This document shows positions 31,780 to 46,300 of a stretch of 64,000 nt of DNA, in pieces. The stretch covers positions 1,049,562-1,113,561 of the forward strand of contig NW_002060946.1 of the NCBI RefSeq assembly GCF_000150275.1. Reading direction: 5' to 3'. The translations under genes and the position numbers were made by a program. Positions within the stretch are counted from its first letter, which is position 1. Every line of letters begins with the position of its first letter. The notes beneath the pieces were generated by a model. The model ran no database searches. It saw only the letters and a program-made list of their open reading frames with translations, and had not been told where the DNA came from. This stretch comes from Trichoplax adhaerens. Its lineage: Eukaryota > Animalia > Placozoa.

Positions 31780-31920
31780 ATGTACAGTGTACAGTACCAT
31801 GACTGTCGGATTTTTGTACTGTACCGTACTGTACTGTACTGAAGGCTGAAGCCTATCTAGGTGACTCCAAGACACTCTTGATCTACGGGTAGTAAACACA
31901 GCCGAGAGTGCTTCAACAAA

Positions 31921-34900
31921 ATGGAATCTACCACCGATGTGATACAACCGATATCAACCAAGCAAAAGATTGAAAAATGTATCCAAGTATTGAAAGACAA
32001 AAATTTTGGAGACTGCCAGGCTTTACTAGAGGACATATGTGATAAGGTATATTGCATTCTTTGTAAATTGATCGTAATCTTCATCTATAGGACGTGAAAA
32101 TGAAAAATTATCGCAGTTGTCTTGAATGGTCCTAGTAGTGTCCGTATAGACTTTTCTATTGAGTGGAGAATAAAGTCGATTGTACGAGGATATACCGTAG
32201 GCACAATAGTATACGATGCATGATATCATACAGTAGCCTATCAATGATCGCACTGGATGATACGATACCTTGACTAGACAAGTCATCAATGAAAAGATTG
32301 CGACTATCAAGGAAATTCATCAACTTTATCCATTCCTACTCTTCCACTACAGTACTATATCGACACATAACATGATAGGAGACAGGATTGAAATAGCGGA
32401 TCTGCAACTACATACTGACTTTTTTCAAGCTGTAATTGATGGTCATTTTTGCATCCTTTTTCTTCTATTAGCTAGATAAGCAATTCACTTTTGATCAAGT
32501 GACAGGAAAACTTTATCAGGTAAATTGATTCATCATGTTGTTATGAACTGTAAATAATTCTAAGCAAATCGATCAACACTTTAATCATATTAAATACACA
32601 AAAACATGATGAAGATAGATACTGTGTTATACAATCAATGTATTGCTCTAAAAATTTTCAAGATCGTCGTCATTTTCTTCCATACTTCAATGTAATCAAT
32701 CATATTGATGCAGTACAATATAGCACTACAGTAGCCATTGTAAGATGTCATGTTGTCATGAAACTATAAATTGACCAATATGATATATATATCTATTCCT
32801 TTCTTCTATTATCCACTACAGTAATATTGGGCTGATTTAGCTTTGCATTATACGGGAATACTTGTAATACAGAGCATGCGATCATCACGGTTACTTTAGA
32901 GAATAGAAATAGATGTATATTCCATTTCTTGGAGTTAAACCTATTGTAAGCGTACACCATTCGCTGTGTATTCGTCACTCAATGAGGTCCCGAATGACAA
33001 GGTATTCTAAGATGGACTCGTACATGTATTAGTATCATGCCGTAGATAGTACAATCGATTCAAGGTAATGGCATGCTATTCCTAGTCAACTGTATTTCGT
33101 GGATTGTATTCATGATAAATGACAAAAATATTAGAAGATGTACTCTCTCGCATATCGTACGTATATATTAACATACTACGATAGGCAGTGATCGCACTCG
33201 ATTCACTATGAGGTTTACTCCGTTCATCGGCTGATTGTAATCATGATGGTGTAGTTTAACACGCGTACATGATTCTCTTGATTACTCTTACCCAACAAGG
33301 TACGGATTGGATAGTATTACTATTATAACATACTAGGATATACATGTTAGAATGTTACCATAGACAGTACACTCTCATTCAAAGTAATAGGCTTCTATAC
33401 TCATCGACTTTACCCTTGAATTGTAATCATGTAGCGTAGCTTAATATACGGTTGCACATCATATTCTTAATGACTCACTTAATAAGGTACTGAATGGCAG
33501 AGATATTATAAGATCTTTACCTCGAGGCATTATAATTTTACGTTAGACAGTAGACTATATTCACTCTTGATCGCATTCTACACTAGTTAATTTTGTACCC
33601 TTGATTGTAATGATCATAATAGACAGTAATCTACAGTCACAATGGCTGAGATCATATCCTTCTTACCACTACGGACAACAGACACAAACGTTATGCATTA
33701 TTACTTGGCTATTATATTTATTATCTATAGATAAATATAAAATAGACATATGTAAACTTGACTACATATTACAGTATAATGTAGTCCTAAGCACAATCTA
33801 CTGTAGTGGGCTATAAAATGGCATCATTATCATGATACCAAATATAATTTATCGCCTTTGCATTAATTAATTAATTAATAAAAGATAGTAGTCGGTAATA
33901 CATACACGACTTCTATATTCTTACCTATTGTATTCATCATCGAATACACTAATTTTCGGGCTCTTCTAAATTTTTAATATTATCCAAATGCTATTACCAT
34001 GTTATCTTTTTTTTCGCCAGATTTATCGATCATGAGTATACAATGAGTACAGTAAACAAACTATCAATGTAGTAAGCAGGCTCCTGTTTATCTTGACTAT
34101 TGCACTTGATGGGATATTATATATTTATCACACCGTTTAGTGCTTGCATCGCTATGTTATGCTTTTAAAAATGAATTTAATCTTAAACTTACTATTTCTG
34201 TGCAAATTAGAACTATTAACATTATTTAGTATATGGTACTTTTTAACCTTGACTACAATGTCATACTATAACATCATTATTACAGTAATAATCTATAATG
34301 ATTGCTCTACAAGACGTAAAAAGTATCAAACATATGCAACCTTTTGCGACTCGATATACATGGATACCTAATAATAAGATTATAAAGTTGGCTTAAGTAA
34401 CTATTCAGGCAAAAAATTAAACGATACCTTACCACATCAACTAATTTTCAGTCGTAACAATTTTTGCAATCGAGTGCTTCTATCAGATTCAATCAAAATA
34501 TCATGACGATTACTGTATTAATCTACTGTAATCTTTGAAAGTTGATCTCGACATTTATTAATTATTATCAGCTATTTATTTACAATGGTATCATTTCGAT
34601 ATCTGATAAATGAAACTCAAGTGTGTGATCACGTATGTGTTAATGATTCATTAATTTAGCTTAAGTCGCTAAATAATGAAATGTTTAATTTTTAAATTGT
34701 AGGATCTGGTTATAACGCTATGTAAGGAATTAAAAGCCAGCAATGACCATAACGAAATCTCGTTAACGTTACGTCGCCTGATGCTAAGCACACTACGTAT
34801 ATTTAGCCGTGATAGAAGTGTGGCCATGAAGTTTAGTGATGAGACCGTTATCAGTATGCTTATACAACAAATTGGATATCATACAGTAGCAGAAGATAAT

Positions 34901-37802
34901 GTTAACACACCCTTGGACAGCAATAATGAACTAGACAACAGCGGAGCAACAACTTCAGAAGAGCCAAATCATGCTGGCATTAGCGACGATCAAATTCAGG
35001 GTATGTGAAAGTTCTTTTATTTAGCGATTAGAACTATCACTAACTCGGAATCATATTTCTTGCATTATCGAAAATTGTCAGCAGTAGCTAAATTGCAAAA
35101 AATAATTTTCTTAGACTAATGGCTAATGGCTACTGCTATTTTTTTACAGTTATTATAGAAGCTCAGAAGTGTCTATGCAATCTCATTTATCAAAATGCTA
35201 GTGCACGAGCTGCATTTCAGTAAGAGTCTAACTACCTATTTTGTTGCTGTATTCAGTACCGCTTTATTTTTTTAATCTAATTTATGTTTTAAATTAATAA
35301 ATTTTATACAAGGGCAAGAAATGGGTTGGAAGGCATCTGTAATCATGTACATCAACATGACAAGTTCCCTTATGCTGTGAAAGTAATAAACTTATTATTA
35401 AGTCAATGATGATACGATAATCAATTACTCATTGTTTGCTATAATTACTTTTTCTTTCCTAAATCAGCTATATGATCTTCGTTTATTGTTCTTATTATCT
35501 GCTCTCCCTCCTCTACAGAGGTAAACTTTTTTACGATGTTGGTTCATACACATGTAGATATAACTACTGTATATATATATAACCGTTACAATAGGCAAAT
35601 CTGTCTAAAAATACTTCACATGATTTTTAGGAGTACGCTATTAGAGAAGTACCAAGGGTTGAAGTTAATAATTAATCAAATCTTGCGCTACATAAGTGAA
35701 GATGCAGGCGTGAAGAACGATAACCCAGTGGATCATGATCAACAACAAGATGTAGCCAATGCATATACAAGGTTTGTTCTCGGATACTTTAAGAGATGCT
35801 TAGTACATTATTTAGATACTGTAACCAAATCCGAGTGTACAGCATGCATTTGTAAAATCGTTAGCAATTGCGAATGGACTAGCTCATTATATATCTCTTC
35901 ACTAGGAGCAAGATCCCGCTTAGTGACGATTGTATGTCCTTGGTCTCTGAAAGTTTACGAATATTGTTCAATATTACTTTAGAATTGCAAAATCAAACAT
36001 GTAACGAGGTGAAAATTGTTGTAACTAGCTGTAGTTCATCATATTTCATAAGATCATGATGATATTTTCATTGTATTTGAACCTGATAGTACTAATCTTT
36101 GCTATACTTTAAAAACTGCAGGAAGATCTCAAACAAATAGCTAAGCTTGTTGAGACTGTTCGAAAGTACATTATACATATATTAACAGACCTCCCTGTTG
36201 TATCAGTCCTCCAAAAGTATGCCTTTTAGGTTTATTAAGATATTTCGTTATTAAAACATGTTATTTCTTTAAATGTAATCTAAACGTAAATATTATAATT
36301 TTATATAGAGATATTGTGAACATATTTGTCAACATACCTCCAAAACTATTATCAGAGCTGCTAATATTACCATTAAACGGCGATGAGGATAACAATGAAT
36401 ACGAAATTAAGGAAACTGTTGCTTTCTGCAATCGTAATATGATAGTTGTTCAAGGCCTCTTGGATTTCCTCCATAGTCGGCTTCCAAACGTTGTAAGAAC
36501 TCTAAACATGGAAGATACTTATAGCAAAAAGTTGCTTTTATAATTTTCAAATATTTGTCTGAATAACATGCGTAAATTTTTGATTGATTTACCGTATTTA
36601 CGATTTAACTAATTAGGAATTGTTGTCGCAGCAATCAAGAGATTCTTTAAAGCCAATTCTAACCTTGTTATGTTCACTGTCTCGTGCCGATAGCTATATA
36701 CGGAAGTACCTGAAATTAAAGGTTAATTAAAGCTTATGCATTCGGTTTATTGAAATAACAGTAGTAATAATAAAAATAATCGTAACTTACAGTCTATTGA
36801 CAGCGTAGTTATATTTATATTGCTTAGGTACTCCCGCCCAGAAAAGATTTTACTAAGCGTCCTGAAGAAGGCAATTCATTAGAAAGCCGGTTTGCGTTGA
36901 TTAATATATTTAATTGGGAAGCAATTTATTATCATTATTGTTTCTCTATTTTAATATCTATGACTAATGCCTGGATTAAATTTACTGTATTTGTGCAAAG
37001 TAAAGATTTCTCAAGTATGAAATTTGCCATATCGTAATTATTGTAGATTAATTGCGTTACTGACATCTCCTTGGGATATCAAAAATTTGGTTGAAGATTT
37101 CTTATTTGTTTTATGCAAAGAAAATGGTAGACGCTTCAGTGTTGTTTTAAGAAAATTTAATATTTCACGGATACCTAAATTTCAGTTTTTGTCGCAATTA
37201 ACCGACTCTAATTAAATATTTCTCCTTTCTTCAGCTGATCGCTTCATCAAACATACTGGTTATGGTAATGCAGCTGGAATGCTGCTCTCACGTGGTCTAC
37301 TTGCCGGTAATCAAACTGTCGAAACGGTCAATTACTCGTCAGATGACACCGATAGTGACACCGAAGAATACAAGGAACAACATGATAAGTTAGTATCTCT
37401 CGATTCCCTGAGCTGTTTTCATTGATTTTACGTGATATCTTGTATGCTACCAACAGTAATAATTTGTTTCAACTGTAGGATTGATCCAGTTACTGGTGCT
37501 ATTAAAGCAGATAATCAAAACATATTTGAAGGAATGACAGAGGAAGAAATTGAGAAAGAAGCAGAGCATCTATTCACACTGTTTAAGAAGCTAAATGAGT
37601 AAGCGTGTTGCACCGGATTTATTTAATATCACATTGATAAGAAGGTATGCTCGTAGGAGACATTTACTGAATTATATTTATTTTTACTTGTAGCCACGGA
37701 ATTATACGACCGGTTGATAGATCTGGACAACCTATTAATCTACCTGACCCCAGTATATTTAAGAAAACCGAAAACGAGGATTCGGATCAATCTGATAGCT
37801 AG
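31921..37802 (+). CDS. RIC8: Ric-8 (synembryn) G-alpha chaperone/GEF, multi-exon
   Basis: Exon motifs [13 protein letters not shown] (~35160), [11 protein letters not shown] (~35470), VLPP...[63 protein letters not shown] and IDPVTG...[18 protein letters not shown] at 31921; TAG at 37800-37802. Confidence 0.93.
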
Positions 37803-40328
37803 AAGCATGATGTAGCAGAGTCTATCTATTAATAAATAGAATGATTCTATTTTAAGGTTGTACAGTATAAAAATGCTTTGTAATCTAAACAATTTCCTCT
37901 AAGTAACTGATTTTCAGTTTATGGATAACAATGCGCAAGAAATTGTACAGTGTCGTTAATATAGTTTATGATCGTGAATGGCTATGTATATAGTGGCATA
38001 AATGATCATTTTACCCAAATTTTAACTTCATCCTCTAGCTAATGCAGGGATTTTTCGATATTCTGGTACTATTTCCCAACTTTACAGTGTATCTTCTAAA
38101 TCAGATAACCGGTAATACTAGAAAAACTGTTTTAAGATTGAGTGAAGATATTAATACTCAAAAGATCTAAATTTTAGTCTCTTTACGTTTCAAACGTGAA
38201 ATATCTAGCGATAAGTAATGATAATATTCTTAGAGATTGTAACTACTATCATATTGCACGCATATTGGCATACACGTAATTGTTTATTATTGTGCACAAG
38301 GGCGACTGCTGCCTGAATACTGGCATTTGGTACAGTATTACAGAGCTTCATTCTGGTTTAGGGTTTCTTTGATAGAGTGGATAAGCTAAGCAATTGTCTT
38401 AATTATGTCAAAGTTTTAATCAAAATAAAACATTAGATGCTGTTTGCATTGGTATTGCCATATTTAAGCTAAGTGACGTATACTTCTAACCCCAGAATAA
38501 ATACAATTCAATTGGTACACACTGCAAATTTGAGCTATTTTACGTAGATTTGTTCAATACCATACTTTAGTCGGAATTCTACATCGTAAATGGACTGTTA
38601 GGTAGTTATCAAGAAGCGGAGAATATGGTGCGGTGGTATAAAGTAAAAATACATAAAGACATAGTCCAAACTAAGAATAAATTTGGGCTGTACGGATATG
38701 CAAGTGCTACATACTCTCGATTCTTGTGAAAGCTAAATAAATAAGATCTCGATGTCAATTTTTCTGCACTCTATCAATTTGATATTACTCCAAGTTAAAA
38801 CTTGCAAGCTAATTAATTCTATATTACACATTCGGCTGTATGATAGGATACAATAGCTTCGCTGCTTGCTATCTGCGTTTTCAAAATTGTTGCTTGATTG
38901 AAATAGGTTTCTAGAACTTGAATCAATTTCATTTATTCCAATATAATCTATTTCAGTCCAGTACTGAAAGATTCAAGTTTTCGCTAATTATATTCGATAG
39001 TTTCTTATTATAACTTATGCGGGTAGCTGATGCTCTCACTTCGTTAAAAATATAAAGCAGTATCTATATCGCGATTATACTGATAGACTGGTAACGTCAA
39101 CGCTATTACCACATATGGTGTAATTAAGAGCGCCACTTTAAAAGTTAATATGCCGCCATGTACTAGTATTGATATAGCTTTCATATTACTCCTTAGAGTA
39201 TATCACAACAATAACATATAGCTGTTTTATTTTTATCAGTAATTTAGTTCTTAAATGTATCGAGGATGTATAGAATTACTACTATATACCATTTTTATTT
39301 TAATTTATGCTTCAATGCGCAATTGCATTGTTGGTATATGCTTCTAAAAAATTTGCACGATATCCATTACGATAATTGTAAAGTACTGTATAGAGCTATG
39401 AGAAGGATAAAATACTGAGTATGAGATGTACATTGTTATATTATCGTAGCTTATCCTCTGTTCGTCAAACTTGATATGGCCACAGGCAACTATGATATCT
39501 CTGCTATTAAATTGGCTTATTCCACGTATCTTTATTTCACTGTTTCACACTAATTTAATCTTTTGTACAAAAATTCCTTTATTTACTTAACTAGAACATA
39601 GTATATCATACATCCGATCTTCAATCCAATTTTTAGATTGTAGACTACATCTCTTACTGTAGGAATAGCTATTACAAAGTCATGTCGAATTTTTATTCTT
39701 TTTAGACAATACTGCATCTTTTTATATTGTTTTCTATTTCAATCAAAGGAAGTTTTTTCCAGAACGTTTTATAATTCATATGTTGTTTCTTTCAATTCAG
39801 ATGCAATGTACCATTATTAATAGGAGTAGCCTTTATTCTAACTATTATTGTCGCCATTAGACTACATTCTTAACATTACAGTATGCACATAAATAAGTAT
39901 AAGACAATAAATTATAAAAAAATATAATATTTGCTATTGTTATGAGTATGTTCGGATTCATAAAATTACCCTACCTTATGACGAAAGGACGTTATTGCCA
40001 TAGTAACTGTCAATTCTCAGTCAGATAATGTTGATTCATAACATTCAAGAGGAATGCAAGAACAAGAGTGATTTTATGTTAATTTTATATGAGAATTAAC
40101 TTGGTAAAGTTTGACGTAGCTGGCGGAGAACAATAACGGCAGGATAGTTTAGTTTAATAGAGGATTTTACGTAGTGTTAACATCTTTTTCTATCTGTGTA
40201 ATCTGGAATGAATTCAAGTTCAACCGATTTGCAGAATCATTATTGTGAATTGTTTTCTAGGAAAGTGATTAGTGCGATTATCCCAAAAAAGTAACCTTAT
40301 AATTATTGGTGGTGTAAATTAACTAATC

Positions 40329-43300
40329 ATGGCCAAGTCCGTCTGCTTGGGTGATGTTGTGAGCATCTATTCTGAGGAGAGGCAAGGTTATGCCTTTGCC
40401 GTCGAATCAAGGTAATTCCTTTTATCAATGAATTTTGGCAAATTGATTAATATTACTCTATATTGATTTGACATATTACTTCAATAGCTTATCAAATAAT
40501 ATCTGGCCAAATTTTATTCATGAGTTAGACACGATTCAACTAACTTATTTTAAGTAAAATTTATAACCACATTGATCCATAGCCACAATGCTACCTAGAA
40601 TGGGATAGCATAAAGTTGGAAATGTGCGATAACTTCTTTTTCGACAATAATAGGTTTACACGATCATTTTAGAAAGTGTTAACTAACATATTCGTAGTGA
40701 CTGATAGTAATCATAGTGTATAGTAGTTAAAATTGACTTTTTGTCGTACTGTTTACTTACTACGCTGATAGGGCCTTTCACAGATAGTTTTAGGCATACA
40801 TGACTGCAAAGATTCCGTTTAACTGAGATTGTAAGATGTGTACTCGATCTTTCTGTAACAGTATCATCATGATCAATTCACTGTAAGAAACGAAGTCTTA
40901 GTAGGATAATCTTTGGTATATCATAATACGTTGGTGGATAGGAAAGAATAGATTATTGAACGTAATAAAAAGTGTTGATTTGAAGATGGGCTTCGTCAAA
41001 GCTCACAGCATGATTCCTAAGCAACCATACCCCTGTTAGCCTACTACAACATAACAATCTATTTATAAGAAGTTCAAATCTTATTTTTAGATAATGATGA
41101 TACTTTAAATATAGTAGGATAACCTTTTGAAGGAGAGATTTCGAACTGATGAATGATTGCAAAGATACAAACTCAAGTCAAACTATGCTTAATTATTAAG
41201 TAACTTTTGCTTAAAGTAGAGGGACGAGCCTAGATTGAATGCGAAATAAGTTTCTGAAACAGGCCTGCTAATAAATAGCCAGTAAAATAAGCCTTCTTGT
41301 CGACTTAAAACGAGATCGATAGTCTATTGTAATAAAGGTGACATAGTAAAGGAAGTAGAAACAATTTTCTATTGCAAAAATAGACGACATAGCTTATGTA
41401 GCATAGGCGTGCATGCACATTATCGGTACTTTTTCAAATGGCGAAAGACCCGCTTACCAATTACACTACATGATTTCAAAAAAATCCTAAATTGATCTGT
41501 GAAAAGATACTTATTCTTAATTAATGATTATTATTTCAGCAATTTCACGAATAATAAGCCTAATGTAACGAGTAAGGAGATTTTTGTTACGCAATCACAT
41601 ATCCATTAAGATTTATAACTTCTAAATTCGCCGCACGTTGATGAATAGAATATATATTCGAATCTCGTCCGATTTATAATGACGATATGGATAATTTTAC
41701 GGATGATTTTGTTACAGACCAAGAGATTATACTAGACAGTCTCTTTTCGTTAATATTTATAATTGAAAAAATGAATAGTTTCAGAAACTACTAAGAAATT
41801 ACAGTGATAAGGGAGTGCTTATAGTCCTTTTAATATCATGATTATGTCATTACAGTGGTATTTCTGTCTGACATTAAGAAATCTCACCGGTAGCGATTAA
41901 TATTATCCGGTAGCGTGTTTTTATCGGATATGCTTATTATATTTCTATTTGTTACTAGTTCGGCTTATGCCGGGGTTTGTATAGGGTCCAACCAGGATCG
42001 GCTAAATCCTCAGCTGCCCAATTCGCAAGGTAAGTTAAAGTCAGATATTTACACCGGTATAAACATTGCTTACCATATTTTCATTCGAACCTACCGAATA
42101 AAACTCGTTCGATATTTTGGATTGAGGAATTCATGATGGCATTAATGATATTTGTTTTTCTACGAGCATGATTTAATATTTGAATTGGAAATGATCTTTC
42201 CTATTTTTACTCTTTAGTTGCTCAATTTGTGATATGCACCCAAAATCGGTACAAAAATAACAAGAAATATCGGAAAGCTGTAGAAGCTAGCAGGTACAAT
42301 GTGGTTATCAAGTTAGCAGTAATAGTACTGTAGTTTCCCTATTTTACTTGTGATACTTGTCTCCAAAAAGCTGCTGTCTATATGATTTAAACTTTAATTT
42401 AGCCAGTAAACTATTCACCATTCAGTAGGCTCTATGTTAGGATTAACTGCATAATATCTATATATTTGTCGTAGACGTATTTCATGGTCTCTTTAACTAT
42501 ACTTTGTCATCATTAATCATTATCTAAAATAGTACCCCTAATAATAATTGCATCTATATTCTAATTCGTTAAATTGTTAGTAATCTGATTCTTGCTTAAG
42601 CAAATTTTTGTCGAATGTTTTTTCCCACACAGAATGAGATTACGCTACCTATACTTATTTAGAGTTTTAATTTTAATCTAGTCCTACAAATCATACTATT
42701 ACTAACCATCCATTTATCTTTTACTGTCAAGAATAAAAACCAATAATTGACATTTTCCCTTATATTAACGTAATTCTGTTTTAATATTCTTACTCTAGTC
42801 GTAATCCCGGTGATCTGTCGGCGAGGTTCCAGGTTTCAACGCTTAAGGTGAATAAGATTTTCACGTCACTATTTAGATGAGTGCTGTGTATAAAAATACA
42901 CCACCATCGGTATGATATCTAGATAGGTTTTATTACTTTCCTATAAATTAATATTACTCTTAATATCGAATAGAAATTAGCCGACGCTGAGGCAATGGAT
43001 AATAGCCAGGAGCAAAAGCGACAGACTGGCAGGCAACTAACCTATGGGCAAGTTGTTCAGGTATATCATTTACAGCTCATTTGAACAGTCCGCCTATCGC
43101 AATTTCCCTCATGACTAAATCAATATACTTCTAACTACTAACGTTGATTTATTTACTTTGCAATCGGAACTAGCTGAAACATGTATTCACTAATAAGTAC
43201 ATTAGTGCTAGCTCAACACATACTTCTCAAACCGAAACAAGCAACATGTTGGTAAGTTTGTAAGCACAAGCCAGATTTTATTTCTGATTCTAGCTGTAGC

Positions 43301-46300
43301 AGCAACGATAATAACTGTTTCTAAATCTGTAGCTGTAAAAGTAATGATAACATTTCAGTTAATTAGCTAACCATATAGGATCGATTAAGTTCGATTACCT
43401 TTATCTGTAATAAATTAACTGATAAACTACTTATATACTAATTTATGATTGCATCGTTTAGAGACCTAACCAAACAATTTCTCGCCTAACTTTATTAGGT
43501 TCAACTATCTGAATATGAGGCTAAGCATTGTCAATTTCGAGTGATGCCAAGATATAAAGTCAAATCTGAAGGCGATATTGTATGTTTAACTAGTTTCATA
43601 GCCAGAATAATTTGGATACTAGATAGATACAGTATTGGAATGTACAGTATATTGGTCAAGATAATCTGTCACTAAAACGGACAGGATTGCTTTCTGATAG
43701 ATCCATGAAGGTGACCAAATTGTCCTTGAAAGTGTTAAATCTGCAGGTCAGTATTTGCACTGCAGCCAAAGGCGCTTTGGAAGTTTAGGGGCCCAAGAGG
43801 ACAGGTAAAACAAGATATATAAATAGTTTACTACAGTAAATTGCGAAATATTTAGCCTTGGTTATGATATTAAGATGTGTTGAGATACGGTTATAATACC
43901 TAGATTTGTAAAATCGTCAATATATCCAATTTAATTAGTTACCAATGCGCAACTGAATACGAAACTAAATTAAAGCCGATATGTTACGAGTAATAAAATC
44001 TATCCTATTCCATAACTCTACACTAGCTCTCTCTGGCTTAGCTTACACAGCCTAAATAAATATTATTTATTTACGTATTCATATTCAAGTGCAAATCACT
44101 AATTTAAGACAATGAAGCTTCGGAATTGATGATAGTTTACTTTTGTAGTTAATAATTTTCCTTAATAATAACGTTAGTCATTACATCAGCAATAACTACT
44201 ATACATGTATATGTAAATACAAGATGAATGAGTTATTTTATGGTACTAGCAAATATCCTAAATAGATCATGATATTGAAAGAGTCCATCACGTCTGACAT
44301 TGAGGAGCCTGTCATAATTAAGAATGAAAATAATCGATTTTTATTTTGAAAATGTTTAGCTACGAAATGAACTTATCAGTCCGATTGTCTGGTTTTACAA
44401 TCTATTCTAACCAAAAACCAGAGGCCAAGGGAGAGGAATTTCTGAAGGTTATTAGCTAAAATTTTAATTGCTCAGGTTGCATGAAAAGACTGTTGTATAT
44501 AATACGTGAGCATTTCTAAAGGTGTTGATGATTCTTTCAAATTTTATTAGGGAGTTTCCGTTGTTCGTTTATTCCATAGAGAGTTGGAAGCTTATGTTAC
44601 AGCTGAAGGATTGTTCGATGATCGAGTAACAGAGACAGGTGAGATGGAAGGCGACAAAATTAAGCGTACATCATTGCTTTTAGTCTTTGTATAACTTAGT
44701 ACAGATCTGTTAACGCAAAAATACTCCTAGAATACTAGGATACTTGCTTAATGATATTTCATTAGCAAGAAGAGCATGTAAGATTCATTAACTTAAATAT
44801 CCTAGAATGGTATGCAAAAATACTATCTTCAATTAGTTGAAGAACTCTATTGATCGCTAGTTAGCTTGACAAGCTTATTCGATTTCACTTTGTATTCTAT
44901 CTTATCTTGCTCTTGTTGTCAGAGAAGCCTCTAAAAATATAGTTAGAAATGTAGACGTACCGATTTCCATCTCAATAAGGTTACTTATGCATACAATTAA
45001 ACCGATTAGTTCATCTACGAGTTCGGCCTGTGGACCCTAGCAGACCAAAGTCTCTTAATCCTACATCATCTGCTATAACTTATTGGCAAATTGAATTACT
45101 GGATGAGCCTATGAAAGGTAATTTGTCTAGATCCCATTTAATCACCTCACTTTAAACTATTTTATGGTTATATTTTCGAGATTTATTTGAATTGAAATAT
45201 TTTAACCTTGGTCATAAGTTGGAGCTTTTATTAGATCGACTACAGGCATAAAATATGGCTCAATCTTAGCAACAAGTAATGAGTTCGATTAATGACTTAC
45301 CCTTTCTAAATTACTTTATTCTATAGGAAGCATAATAAATTGGGGCGATCAGTGTCGTCTTAGACATATGGTAACGAGGAAATATCTAATTGTTCAGCCA
45401 GTGGAACAATCTTACGTAGTAAGTGAACAATATTCATATCGTTGTCATTTATAGTTAATTTATCGTAGAATAAAGGAGTTATAATTCAGAGTCTACCACA
45501 ATGATTATGTGTACTTACTCCTCAATTAGTATTAATATTTTGGATGTTGTTTTAGATTGATTTAACGGATGATAATAAAGATCCACTGACAGTATTCCGC
45601 CTCCATTCGTTATTTGAAGTACATATACTTGGATATAGCTTATGAAATATTTTAACTTACCGATTCAATTTTCTTGTGATCTATTTAGCCATGAGACTAA
45701 CAACATTAATGCTTTTATTGACCTATGTAGGAAAATGCAGAGATTACCTACGAAAGCTATTGCAGAATTGAACATTCGCTAACTGGGCAATGGTTGCACG
45801 CTTTGCAAGGTCTACAGTCATGAAAGAATATCTTAGATTAATTCTTAAATTATGATAATCGCATTCTCGAAATAGTGATAGCTTACTCTAAGAACGATGA
45901 GATTTCTATCGTATCATTGATCTTGAGAGTTGATTACTTGTCTTTCCATTTGGTATGCTTGCTAAAGTTTCACGGGTTTTTGAAGGCCAATTATAATCAA
46001 CATAAATTGAAATTTTAGCAAGTCACGATATTTTATCATTACTAGACAGTCACTATTCTAATATCTATTCTTAATCTTGAATATTTCCAGGGACATATTA
46101 TAGGAAGTCAGGTGCAAGACCCGGAACTGCCGAGAGTAGAACATTAAAGGGTTTAGCTTATGATGGAGGCCAACTAAAGAAGGTAATTAGCTTCTAGAAC
46201 ACTGCTATTTATTTATTGATATAATATAGTATATATCTTGAAGATAGGAAAATAGTATTAGACATCATAGTTATCAATAAATATGAGGAAGTAGTCAATC

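Noticed and set aside
37803-40328. Gene or transposon between RIC8 and the ITPR-like gene
   Set aside because: No ORF, TIR or LTR was recognised; only a probable 5'UTR acceptor at 40260.
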